A stretch of DNA of 63,517 nt, the filler included, from Octopus bimaculoides (taxonomy: Eukaryota): the NCBI RefSeq assembly GCF_001194135.2. It is 5 parts of 5 records of this genome, joined end to end, with 100 filler letters (N's around TTAATTAATTAA, not from the genome) between each part and the next. Parts side by side here need not be neighbours in the genome. Positions count along the whole stretch, not along the records: positions 1 to 13,300 come from NC_068984.1; 4 more parts are not named here. One strand, written 5' to 3'. Shown piece by piece: positions 1-11,024 of the stretch (position 1 is its first letter; each line of letters starts with the position of its first letter). Made by a program: the position numbers and the translations under genes. The notes below the pieces were generated by a model. That model was not told the origin of the DNA. It searched no databases and saw only the letters and a list, made by a program, of their open reading frames with translations.

Positions 1-213
1 AACTTTGTCCCCCTCCCTTTGTAACATTTCTTTAAATTTGACGAGTTCTTCTTTTCCATACGCTATGTCTCTTTTCTTAACTCCGGTGGCTTGTGCAAAG
101 TTTTTTCCTTTAATAAACTCCTCCGCTGTAAGCATACGCCTTAATTCCGTAGAAGAGCAGTTGAATTGGTACTTGGTCCGTAATTCGTGGTACTTGGTCC
201 ATGATTCAAACAT
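1..213 (-). CDS. Partial open frame running off the window start (71 aa visible), unknown product, possibly a retroelement ORF1/gag or an exon
   Basis: Manual translation from ATG at 213: MFESWTKYHELRTKYQFNCSSTELRRMLTAEEFIKGKNFAQATGVKKRDIAYGKEELVKFKEMLQREGDKV, no stop, non-repetitive protein-like composition. Absent from the ORF track because it has no stop in the window. No family recognised. Confidence 0.3.
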   Translation of the reverse strand, partial: MFESWTKYHELRTKYQFNCSSTELRRMLTAEEFIKGKNFAQATGVKKRDIAYGKEELVKFKEMLQREGDKV

Positions 214-1052
214 TTGGCTTTGGTTGATGATTTTTCCTTCTTTTGTAAAAAAGATTTCTTTTTTTTTTTTTAGGTTTCACCACAAGGGAGAAAACAACGT
301 AGCACAAGACTGTCTATGGCAAATAACAAACTTGTTTTTAACAAAATGAATTAACAAATTAAACAACAGTTCAAACAAACACAACAATAAGCAATAGCAC
401 AACAGCTCAGCAAAGTTAGATACACATTGATGGAATAATGACCCCTGGTACGGACTGATTTGCCACTTGTTAACTAGTAGTATCTATAGTTCACCCACAC
501 AGTAAAAAGCGCGCAAAATCATACCGCCTACACTTTAAACAGTCACGTGACCACAATGAATTATTTTTTCGTTTTGCCTCCTTATAAGCGTGCACATTAT
601 TATTATTATTTCTCCATTAAGTATCCTGTACCTTGTTTTACCATTAACTAGCGTTAATATCCGTATAATAATATAATATATTACTAGGCTATGATGCTTT
701 ATTTATTTTTTATATTTACTTTCTTCACTTTATATTAGTATGTCATTAGTTTTTTCCTTAAGGAGAAATTTTTTTTTTATATTTGATGAACACTCTTGGT
801 TCTCTCCCTTCCTCCACTTTTGACTTAGCAATTAGCTTACGACTTTTAGTTTACTTTACTGTGATCTATTTTGCCCTCCTCCCCCCTTCTTAATCATTTA
901 ATTTAAACCTTTAGTATAACGTTTACAGCCCCCTCCCTTTATAACTCTATGTAAACAAGCGTTCTTACTTCTAACGGTCACTTACTTGGCCATATAATAT
1001 TATAACTCCTAAGTTACCTCATCATTTCGCATTTGTCTTGCTTCTATATGTT

Positions 1053-1143
1053 GGTTCCCTGACGATGAATATATGTGGAATTCCAGCAGCTCTTACTTCT
1101 TTGGAGTATAGTACACATATATTTTGAAACATCTGTAGGAATT
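1053..1143 (+). ncRNA. Type I hammerhead ribozyme motif with long stem II (PLE terminal-repeat type), slightly decayed
   Basis: GGTTCC-CTGACGA-T-GAATATATGTG...CACATATATTTT-GAAAC-ATCT-GTA-GGAATT: stem I GGTTCC/GGAATT, 10-11 bp stem II, near-palindromic stem III ACATCTGT, cleavage triplet GUA (after 1137). Confidence 0.6.
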
Positions 1144-2249
1144 AAAGGAATTTTTATTTATATGCGTTCTGCTCCATTTATTGTTATTATTCATATCTAC
1201 TCAAAATGCATCACTTCAACTTGGTATCTCTACCTATAAAACGGCTGTGATATCCTGTTTTTTTGTGTAATTTTTGCTACCCATGGTAACTATTAACATA
1301 TTTACATTGTCAAAGTTTTTTTAAACTGAGATAATATTAATATATACATAAACTAATATATACATCTCCACTTATACATAACATATATACATATATGTGT
1401 ATGTTATACATACATATATACATTCATATATGAGTATACATTCATATAGGTGCAGGAATATATATGTGTGTGTGAGGTGCGTGTATGTGTGTGTACATAT
1501 CACGTATGTGGGGGGGGGGGTGACTGTGGTGGAAGTATATATGGGAAAAAGTGGAAATTTAAATTTTCTTTATACATATATTTTTATTTTGATATTCTTT
1601 ATATATTTTCTTGGCAGTCTTACACCATTTGGGACTGCCACCGGTTAACCTATTACCCGGTAATACTAGTCACAAGTTACGATTAAACCTATCAGCAACT
1701 GATATATCGCCTGGTCATCTTGCGCTTGTTTGTTACTGGAATTATGCTATAGATATAATGTGTGTACCATAAGCACCTTTGATTGCAGCCTGATATGCAA
1801 ATATTTCTTTCACCATCTTTTACAATCTCTGAAGTCCAGTGGCAATGGAGGAATGTCGACATGTACAGAATAAACAGATCGGATGTACAGTCACAAATCT
1901 CCACGTATGGTGGCATGAGGCTTTTCTTAACATTGCTGAAACTGTTGAGAACAGGCAGATTCTTCAGTAGAACTTCATGTGACTAAGCAGCCCTTTTTAG
2001 GAGAATGCTGCTTACGCTGCTATGGAAAGGGACTACAAAAAGTGACCTAAAAATCTCCTGTTCACTTAATACTGGTTAGCAGCCTGCAGTTGACGGCAGT
2101 TTGTTATAGCAGGACGAATAATCACTTATTTTATATGAACAAGTCAAAGCCTCTATTTGGTTCATGTGCGAACTCTGCTAGATTTGTAGAAATCCATTAA
2201 CCTGAAAGAAGAATAACAATTGTTACTAGATATAACACAGATATTGCAG

Positions 2250-3355
2250 CTCTACAAGAAACCACATTGTATCATGAAAATAATATACGGAAAAGTTTCG
2301 GTTTGCACCATTTTCTCAAAGGGCAAACCTAAGGGAGAAAGGCGGGATAGTAGTCTAAGTTTTGCAGTTCGTATTTCCTTGGCTGGTTCTTGTGAACAGC
2401 TAATTGGAATGAGTGATCGCATCACGGTATGTCGTGTATCATTAGAAAATGAACGTTTCACAACAGTTATATCTGTGTATGCCCCAACTCTGGGCAGTGA
2501 TTATGAACTTCTACTGACTTTTCCCAAGATTAGAAACAAATAAGTTATTCTATTCTTACTCTAATAAGTGACAAACTTCTTATATTAGGGATTTGATCTA
2601 GTCATAGGTAATGCGTTCTTTAAAAAACAACAAAAAGGACGTTCATAAAGTGACATGGATTCACCTTACGTCAAAGTATGGACACATGTTGAAAAATGCA
2701 ATCGTTTGAAAGTGTGACTTTGCAGGTTTGTGCTCAGTACATGTTAAACAAGTTGATGAGTATGATATTGACTATAACTTAATACATGTAAAGGTGAAAT
2801 TTCACATTATGAAAAAGACAAAAATGGAGTGAAAATACCAAAATGCTACACGTCCCAAACTACCAAAAAATACCAAAACTTTTAAGCATTATTACCAGAA
2901 GGCTATGCTGGGGCTAATTTTGATGGTACTTGGGATAATTTCGAAGAAAAAGAGTACAGCATTGACGCAGAAATTCTTGCTTTTACCAAACATGTGCATA
3001 GAGACTGGTTTGATGTGGTTTGATGACAATCATGAAGACAGCAAAAACATACTCTTCACTTAAAGTTATAAATACTTGTGGGGTTGAACGTAATTCTGTC
3101 TTAACATCTCTTAAAAACATCAAATCATCTTTTCAACGCGCTCTTTGACAAATGAAAAACAGTTGGTGGACAAATATTCTACCAGTAAGTTTTCAGTCTT
3201 GAAACCTCGACTATTGCGCTTGTAAAATCTAAGAATGAGAATGTATCGTATGAAAATTGTGAGGGAATAAAAAGGTGAGCAGAACACTTGACTGAACTTC
3301 TTCATAATTCGTCGACTGCAAAAGATAAAATTATAAATGGTCTCCCAAGACACAC
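2250..3355 (+). pseudogene. RTE-clade LINE ORF2 relic (AP endonuclease and linker)
   Basis: KGKPKGERRDSSLSFAV...GMSDRITVCRVSLENERFTTVISVYAPT; FDLVIGNAFF...HKVTWIHLTSKYGHM; HRDWFD; KR*AEHLTELLHNSSTAKDKIINGLP, all colinear with the RTE/BovB-type ORF2 pattern; stops and frameshifts. Confidence 0.85.
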
Positions 3356-3486
3356 TATAAATGAAATGATAGTGACACCTAACTTAGATGACACTATATA
3401 TACATATATATATAAATTAAATAATGAGGGCAGAAATTGATATTAATCAATTAAAACCATATTTAAAAAATCCGAAGATTAAAATT

Positions 3487-3702
3487 ATATTACATACAAA
3501 ATTAAGAGGAATGACCACCAAAGTGGACTCCTATATGCTAGATATAGACGTCAACTAACCTAACCACGAAGAGTATGTTCTCAAGAAAAACATTTCAGCA
3601 GTTCTTGAGAACATACTCCTCGTGGTTAGGCGATTTGACGTCTATATCTAGCATATAGGAGTCCATTTTGGTGGTCATTCCTCATAATTTTGTATGTAAT
3701 AT
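3487..3702. repeat. Fold-back inverted repeat, ~101-bp arms, 14-nt loop
   Basis: 3487-3587 is the reverse complement of 3602-3702 with a few mismatches (ATATTACATACAAAATT...TTCTCAAGAA / TTCTTGAGAA...AATTTTGTATGTAATAT). Confidence 0.95.
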
Positions 3703-5999
3703 ATATATATATGTATATGCTTTCGGTGCAATTGGTACTTTATTACGGCGCCGTAATTTACGATCCTGTAAGCCCTCGACAGGAAAAAAGAAAGCTTTCT
3801 TATCCGCATGGGAGTTTCTCGTCTAGCCGTAAAGCCTTTTCTGTTTGTTTTCCTGTCTTGTTTTTTGTCCGCCACTACATTCCTCCATGGCAAGATTTAA
3901 TTTGTGTATACAAATTTAATTTGCGGTCCGTGGGAAGAGCCGTTTTAACGATGCGTCCTGCCCAGCTCTTCGAAACGCCGGTGTTAAAACGGGGGTAGCT
4001 GATGAAGTAGAATGTTCTCTATGTGGCTTGTGTGTTTTCTCGTCTACGTTTTGTTTGCAATGTCCTGTACCCAGATATGCACCTATACATACAGGTGGAT
4101 GTCGGTACGCACATACCTGTACGTATATATGTATATACTCATTTACTATTTGTTTNNNNNNNNNNNNNNNNNNNNNNNNNNNNNNNNNNNNTATATATAT
4201 ATATATATATACATACATATATATATGGACATAGTCATTCACGGAACTCTTACATACACACACACACACGCTCATACACAGGGAGAGACACACGCTCTTT
4301 CATTCACTCACATACACGTACACATGCATTTAAATGCATACGCATGCACACGTATCCATCCATCAATACGCACACACACACACACACACATATATTCATG
4401 TAGGCATTTATACGTGTACATATTTATACGCATATATATATAGGTGCATATATACGGGTGCATGCACATATGTATGTATATGCATATATATGCATATATA
4501 TATATATATATACTACACACACACACACACGTACAGACACGCATACATAACACCCAGGTGTAGCTATTTTATACAGATACCAAGAGGTGACGGTAAGTAT
4601 AAACAGTTATTGTTACTTCATTTTATAATACCTAATAGCTGACGAGACACCGGCTTTTTAACCTGCTATAAATAGTTGTTACTTATCTTTCAAATCATTC
4701 CACCGTCATAAAATGTCAAAGGCACACAGTGTGGTCCTAGATATTCTAAAAAGACGAGATGATCATAGTTGAAATGCCTTTGATCATAATGTCTGTGGTA
4801 TCAGCGTTTATGTGGAGGAAGATACCAAGAAAAACAAACAATACATAAATATATGTGAATTCACCCCTCCCCCAAAAAAAATTTAGTTAAAGAATGTATA
4901 TCGACAGAAGCTGCAGGGGTTTCGGAAAGGTCCTTTTATAGACATATTCTTCAGAGCTAGACGAAACCGAGTCGTCCCGGAATCTACCGCGAAAGGGACT
5001 GATGAAAATTTCACCGTCAATGCTGCTTATCAATGCCATATAATCGAGAAACTTCTGATACGATGTCACTTCGGTCAGTTTGAAGTATATAGAAACAGTG
5101 AATACACCGTTCGTCGGCTTTGCAATGAGGACGCAAGCTTGAATCAAATTCAAATTATGCAATTTGGTGGCACTTTTTGTAATGTTTTTGTAATATTTAC
5201 ATTGACATGACACTGTCGATAAAGTTGGTGTTTAGTTATAGAGTTGTCACTCATTTGTGTTGACCAGATTTATTTAACATAACTCATTAAGTTTATCTTT
5301 TTCACTCGTCATTATAGCAGCATTTTAATTTACTGAAAGTATTTTATTCACTGCACTAATTAGGATAGATTTCTCAGAAAAACATTTCTAAAAATATTTG
5401 TTGCATTGATAATATGGCCTATTATTGAGTTAGTAGGTGCGACTATAGATTCTATATTGTTAAGTGGAATTAAGTCAGCAGGAGAAACTAGAGGGCCTAT
5501 AAATGACCTTCGTTCAGTCAGTGTGAAAAACTGTTGGCTGTATAACTGAGTTCAGTTTAGATACTGTAAGAAACTATAAGGCGTATAGGTCATCTTACTT
5601 CAGTCAGAACAATCGATAAGTTCTATATCTAGCCTTAGTACGAACTATATTATTTAGTTGACTGACGTTTAGAGAGTGTGAAAAACTAATGTGTCTAGCT
5701 AACCTTAGCTTAGTCAAACTTAGTTAACAATAACAGACAGGCACTTTTCTAATCTAATTTAGATTTGCAGCTGAAACTTAAGATTACTGAATAAATTAGC
5801 ACGAATTATGATTTACATCATTGTAAAATTTTAATTAATTGTGTAATGCTATACGTTGCAAATAATCAGAAAATTAAGATTAAGAGCTATTTCTGTATCT
5901 TACTCGTAGTCTATAATTCATAGTACAATATCAGCATACAGAAAGGCATCAAAGTCACCACTTCTCACCCCATATTTTCAATATATTAGTTGTTTAAGG

Positions 6000-6230
6000 G
6001 CAGCGAGCTGGCATAATCGTTAGCACGCCGGGCGAAATGCATAGCGGTATTTCATCTGCCGTTACATTCTGAGTTCAAATACCGCCGAGGTAGACTTTGC
6101 CTTTCATCCTTTCGGAGTTGATTAAATAAGTACCAGTTACGCACTGGGATCGATGTAATCGACTTAATCCCTTTGTCTGTCTTTGTTTGTCCCGTGTATG
6201 TTTAGCTCCCTGTGGGCAACAAAGAAATAA
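6000..6230 (+). mobile_element. tRNA-derived SINE family A (tail A1), full length
   Basis: A-box-like GAGCTGGCATAATCGTTAG, B-box-like GAGTTCAAATACC, core GCCTTTCATCCTTTCGGAGTTGAT, tail GTGGGCAACAAAGAAATAA; many near-identical copies in the window. Confidence 0.85.
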
Positions 6231-7059
6231 ATATATTAGTTACTTCACATTGTGGAATGATATAGATATTGGTATTTTTGTTTAGAAGAACATACCGACG
6301 ATGGAGTAGAGACCAGTTGCCTATTACTGGTACATATTCTTTTGACTTTGGGGAGAAAAAAACATGAAGTGAACGTCAGCGGAAAATGAATTCAGGTGCC
6401 AGTAAGAGGAGAGGTTATATAACGAATTTAATCTCTACAATCCCACCTTTGTCATCTCTTTTAGATATTCATATTGAAAATCATTTTGAAAAATGTTCCG
6501 TTTGAGAAACTTAAATATTTCCGAGCCGTTCCTTCTGCCTATATATCACAGACTTTATGCCTACATACGACGTCACCATTAACATGCCAAATTTTAATTA
6601 AGATGTAACTAAGTTTACATTTGTAATTTCCTGTTCATTAATTTACGTTCTATACCAATGTAAATCACGTTCAATAAATCTGATTTAGCATGCGTCTTTA
6701 CAAGAAACATCCATGGCGTTTTATTGACGCTGACTGTGTTGCTACTTTTGTAGTATCTTACCTTACTGAGTTTTGTGTCCAGTTTGATATTGCTTTCAAC
6801 ACACTGGTGATAAATATGGAATTGAAAATCATTGAGTGGCATATTTTCATAAAGAAATTTCCGTCCGCCACCCAAGATCCAGGTGATATATTTACCCGTA
6901 ATGTACGGTTCTCACTTTTGTGAATAAAACTAGAATCAACTGTCCTCTTCTTGTGTTTTACAAGGTCGTGTGTGGTAATTATTGCTTTCTCATGAAATAA
7001 TCTGGCTCTGACTGAAAAACGTCTCAACATATTTTCGTTATATTCGTATAGGCACAGGC

Positions 7060-7165
7060 ATGGTGTGTAATTAAGAAGTTTGTTTCTCAACCACTTTCAG
7101 TTAATGTCTTCTACTTGGCTTCAGACCGACCAAAGCCTTGTAAGTGAACTTGGTGGATGGATACT
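7060..7165 (+). mobile_element. SINE family C head fragment
   Basis: GGCACAGGCATGGTGTGTAATTAAGAAGTTTGTTTCTCAACCAC...GACCGACCAAAGCCTTGTAAGTGAA matches the family C head at 55920. Confidence 0.7.
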
Positions 7166-7193
7166 GAAATAGCCCTGTTGTATACATACATAT

Positions 7194-7240
<47 letters not shown>

Positions 7241-7284
7241 TACATACATACATACATACATACATACATACATAAATACATACA

Positions 7285-7975
7285 CTATAACGAGATCCGT
7301 TGGAAGGATAATCCCGAGGTCAAAGAAATAAGAAACCATAGTCACTCATAATAAAAAGGAATGCTGGTGAAATGTCCCTGTGAAAACCTCAGTAAAATGT
7401 AAACACAAAAGATCTGACATAATAATTTGAGATAGAGAAGAGAAACTATGTACAGTTGTGGAAATCAACTGCCCTGCAGATGTTAGCATAAAACTAAAGA
7501 TCAGCAAAAATAGAAATTACACTGAATTATTGAGGAATCTACAGCTACTCTATCCAGATTACAAGTTCAAGTTTATACCTGTAATTATTGGGGCACCGAG
7601 GTATGTAACTCGTTGCCTACAAACCAATCTTGAAGAATTAGGGTTCTCAAAATCAGGATGGAGAAAGATGATTCGAAGACTACTGATCCAATCCATCACT
7701 AGAACTGTAAAAATCTGTAAAACGTTCCAGAAGTTTATCACTTAAGTATATATGAGCATGTCTAAACATTCAACTACATGCATGAAAATACATACATAAA
7801 CCAAAACAGATATAGCTCCACACATATATACACACACACATACATACATACATACATACATATATACATAGAAAAATACTCTGTTGTTGATGTTGAAATT
7901 CCAATGTAGGCGCCTTGGATCTAGGTTAGAAACTGGTTCCTTCTCTCTTGGCAAGAAATCTTGAAAATAAAACTA
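7285..7975 (+). mobile_element. 5'-truncated R4/Dong-type non-LTR retrotransposon: REL endonuclease C-terminus plus 3' UTR, embedded in (TACA)n
   Basis: KDLT**FEIEKRNY / CTVVEINCPADVSIKLKISK-NRNYTELLRNLQLLYPDYKFKFIPVIIGAPRYV...QSITRTVKICKTFQKFIT* (PD..D/E-xP..K.KY..L...VIPIVIGALG pattern); (TACA)n on both sides. Confidence 0.8.
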
Positions 7976-8136
7976 ATTACATACGTGCATACATACATAT
8001 ATACACATACATACATACATACATAACATACATACATACATACATACATACATACATACATACATACATACATACATGTGTGAGTAAAAATAAATACAAA
8101 AAAAGGGGGTTTTGTATGATCGTGTATAGAGGAATA

Positions 8137-8565
8137 TATTATTTTATTAAAAGAGTTCCAACTCTTCTATTTTTTATGTTTTATTTATATTCTTGTAAAT
8201 TTAATGTGGGATATAGAATATGGAATATATAATATATAATATGAAAATGGATGGTACAATGAAATGAAGTATTGAATGTCTTATTGAATATATGGAATAT
8301 GTCTTATTGAATATACCAAAAGGTATTGAAAATACGTATTAGCCTTTATATATTTAATCCTTTATATTGAACACTCAATATTTCATATATTCAATAAGAC
8401 ATATTCCATATATTCAATAAGACATTCAATACTTCATTTCATTGTACCATCCATTTTTATATTATATATTATATATTCCATATTCTATATCCCACATTAA
8501 TTTTACAAGAATATAAATAAAACATAAAAAACAGACAGAGTTGGAACTCTTTTAATAAAATAATA
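8137..8565. repeat. Fold-back inverted repeat, ~180-bp arms, ~70-nt spacer
   Basis: 8137-8315 is the reverse complement of 8386-8565; the ORF track shows the same peptide (IKRVPTL..FMFYLYSCK.NVGYRIWNI) on both strands. Confidence 0.95.
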
Positions 8566-8599
8566 CATATATACATATATACATGCATGTATAAACAAA

Positions 8600-8945
8600 A
8601 AATTAACAGGAACCAGGCAGCAGTATAGAGAGGTATGAGAGGAGAAGCAGTGAACATCACAGAAGCTCCTACTCGAGAAGACATAGACTCTTTCTGGGGG
8701 AAAATCTGGAATGAAGAGGAGTTTAACCAAGAGGCTCTGTGACTGGAAGAAATCCGAAGAAGTTATTGCCTCCGCATTTCACCAGAGACTTACAGTATTG
8801 ATGGTGATACCCTTGTAGCTGTGATCCAGAAACTTCAGGAGGGATAAGCACTTAGAAGAGACTTGATTGTTGGGTATTGGTACAAACAGCTAACCTTCAC
8901 CTGATGATATCTTATCAATCTGTATCAGAAAGCTCTCAATGAGAA
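8600..8945 (+). pseudogene. R4/Dong-type non-LTR ORF fragment (pre-RT region)
   Basis: NRNQAAVYRGMRGEAVNITEAPTREDIDSFWGKIWNEEEFNQEAL*LEEI...VIQKLQEG*ALRRDLIVGYWYKQL, matching the F..NQ..FY..L / FW..IW / KAPG.D.I..YW.K pattern; in-frame stops. Confidence 0.65.
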
Positions 8946-8954
8946 TGACAGCCC

Positions 8955-10900
8955 CATGATTGACCGAGAGTGGGGAGCCCAGAATCAGTCAGACCCAGTT
9001 AACACGGAAATGACCTTGGATATGAATACGGCTATTCATTCGAACAGCAAACGAAGTGCAAACAACTTTGGGTGCAAGTTGTGCTGTAGGACCTTTGCAA
9101 CGGAGAGAAGCTTGAAGATACATTAAGGAAAGACTTGTAAGAAGAGGACAGAGCAGTGTGGCTCATCTGATCGTAAAACACGTGGCAAATCATCCCGGAG
9201 TCAAACCACAGCGGATCTATAAATGCTACTGGAAAGACCTCCTCCCGACAGGAAACTGCAGGTTATGAAACTGGTGCATCAGATAGTACTCCGAAGAAAC
9301 TGAGGGTTCTGTGGCTTGCTGCTAATGAGAAAGGAAAATATAAAAAGTTTGAAAACAAGGTATTCGAGTTCTTTATAAAATGACAGGCTCTACAGTGGAG
9401 AAACTGGGAAAGTTAACAAGCTGAATTTACGATACAAGAAAAGAATTATTTGGAGCGAAAGATCGTATCCGATTAGAAAAAGTAAAGTGTGGACCCAGGA
9501 AAATGAAGCAGTTGAGGAAGGAAAAGACCAGCCTAAGAAAGTGATGGAAAGCTGCTGTGGAAGACGAAAATCCTGGCCCAATTTGAAAGAAAAGCCGTTA
9601 TGTGCATATCCGCCGATATGTGGGATAAAAAGAAAGTAAAAGGACTCGGGGGCAGTTTCTGAAGGACCCGTACGGAGATACTAAGAAGCTGTTCACTGAA
9701 CCGAAGAGTGACACTTTATCGTGCGCGAAAGAAGAATAGGACGCTCATATCAAAGAAACCTACAACGTTCCGCACCGTAACCAGCCACTGCCACCTCTAA
9801 ATGGGCTAAAGCATCTCTTAGAATCTGATATCGAATTTAAAATTGGGGACATCAGGGAGAAAGAAGTGAATGATTTCGTGAGAAAAACTAGAGCAAAGAG
9901 TGCCACAGGAAGTGATGGTGTCTCGTATAAAGTATACAAATATTGCAATCGTCCACGAAAGAAGCTCTTTGTCCTACTTTGTGGCGCGAAGAGACTCTAG
10001 TAGAGGATTGCTGTAAGGCAGAAGGCATATACCTGCCGAAAGAGGCCAATGCAGAGACTATAAAACAGTTTAGGCCGATATCCTTCTTGAATGTGGAGGG
10101 CAAGATCTTTATGGGAATTTTCTCGAGGTGAACAGTGACATATTTACAGAATAATGTATATGTTGATGAATATTCCAAAAGGCCGGAATCCCTGGGATCC
10201 CTGGATGCGTTGAACACTGTATTTCGATTTGGAAAGCGATCCAGGATGCCAAACAGAACAAGAGAAGCCTGAACGTGGTTTAACTTGACCTAGCTAATAC
10301 AAATAGCTCACTGCCACACGAATCACTGATGAGAGCCATAGAGCCACTTCCACATCCCAGACAAAGTAACCAAATTAATGAGGATATATTATGACAGTTT
10401 CGAGATGAGGTTTACAGCTGGAGATTTTACAGCAGATTGGCACCGATAGAATATTGGCATTACTGCTTGCTGCACAATATCTAACACAATATCTTAGTCA
10501 TGAAGATGATTTTGAAAGCAATGGATTTTTTCGGAACAAATCGCCCATGTACAATCGCCTAAGAAAGCCTTCATGGATGACGTGACACTTTCATCAACAG
10601 ACAAGTAAATCATGCAGAGTGTCCTCTTGAGACTAGATGAGCTTGTGAGGAGGCCAAGGATGTGGTTTAGAGCAAAAACGTCGCGTAGTTTGACATTTGT
10701 TAAGGGAGTGCAGAAGGAAGTTAAGTTTCGAATAGCTGAAGAAAACATTCCAACAAAGAACCCGTCAAGAGCTTAGGGCGAGTATATAATGGAACATTGT
10801 CAGATAGGAGTCGCGGAATAGAAATTATGAAACAAGCCGAGGTTGATTATCTGCGATGGATAACTCAAAGTTACCAGTGAATATAAAATTTGGTTCTATA
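8955..10900 (+). pseudogene. HERO-clade REL non-LTR retrotransposon, 5' part (zinc finger plus reverse transcriptase)
   Basis: CKLCCRTFATERSLKIH*GKTC finger; KARAKSATGSDGVSYKVYKYC; EGIYLPKEANAETIKQFRPISFLNVEGKIF; LDLAN..SLPH; catalytic AFMDDVTL at 10567-10590; EPVKSLGRVY. Many frameshifts. Confidence 0.85.
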
Positions 10901-10969
10901 TTTAAGAGATGATGACTTATGTACATGATTTACATTCGACGGATATTTGTCCTCATCTTGTTTGTTGTT

Positions 10970-11015
10970 AACACAACGTTTCGGCTGATATACCCTCCAG
11001 TCTTCTTCAGATGTC
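10970..11015 (-). ncRNA. Minimal type I hammerhead ribozyme in the inverted PLE terminal repeat
   Basis: Minus strand: GACAT-CTGAAGA-A-GACTG-GAGGGTATAT-CAGCC-GAAAC-GTT-GTGTT; intact core, palindromic AACGTT stem III, one mismatch in stem II. Confidence 0.75.
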
Positions 11016-11024
11016 TTGGGAAAA

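Noticed and set aside
3934-3991. HDV-like ribozyme interpretation of the crossed repeats
   Set aside because: P3 does not pair and there is no P1.1 GG or catalytic J4/2 pattern.
3916-4642. HT/YI/CV-rich ORFs here and throughout
   Set aside because: Translations of dinucleotide and tetranucleotide microsatellites.
4945-5010. GAAAC-CGA-GTC...GGGA-CTGATGA (type II HHR-like) and minus-strand CTGAAGA...GAAAC
   Set aside because: Stem II cannot be formed in the first, and no paired NUH exists in the second; probably chance.
8900-8935. CTGATGA...GAAA inside the R4 RT fragment (also CTGANGA at 4639, 12409, 21620, 27539, 39925 and 54123)
   Set aside because: No compatible stems I-III; several lie within transposon coding sequence.
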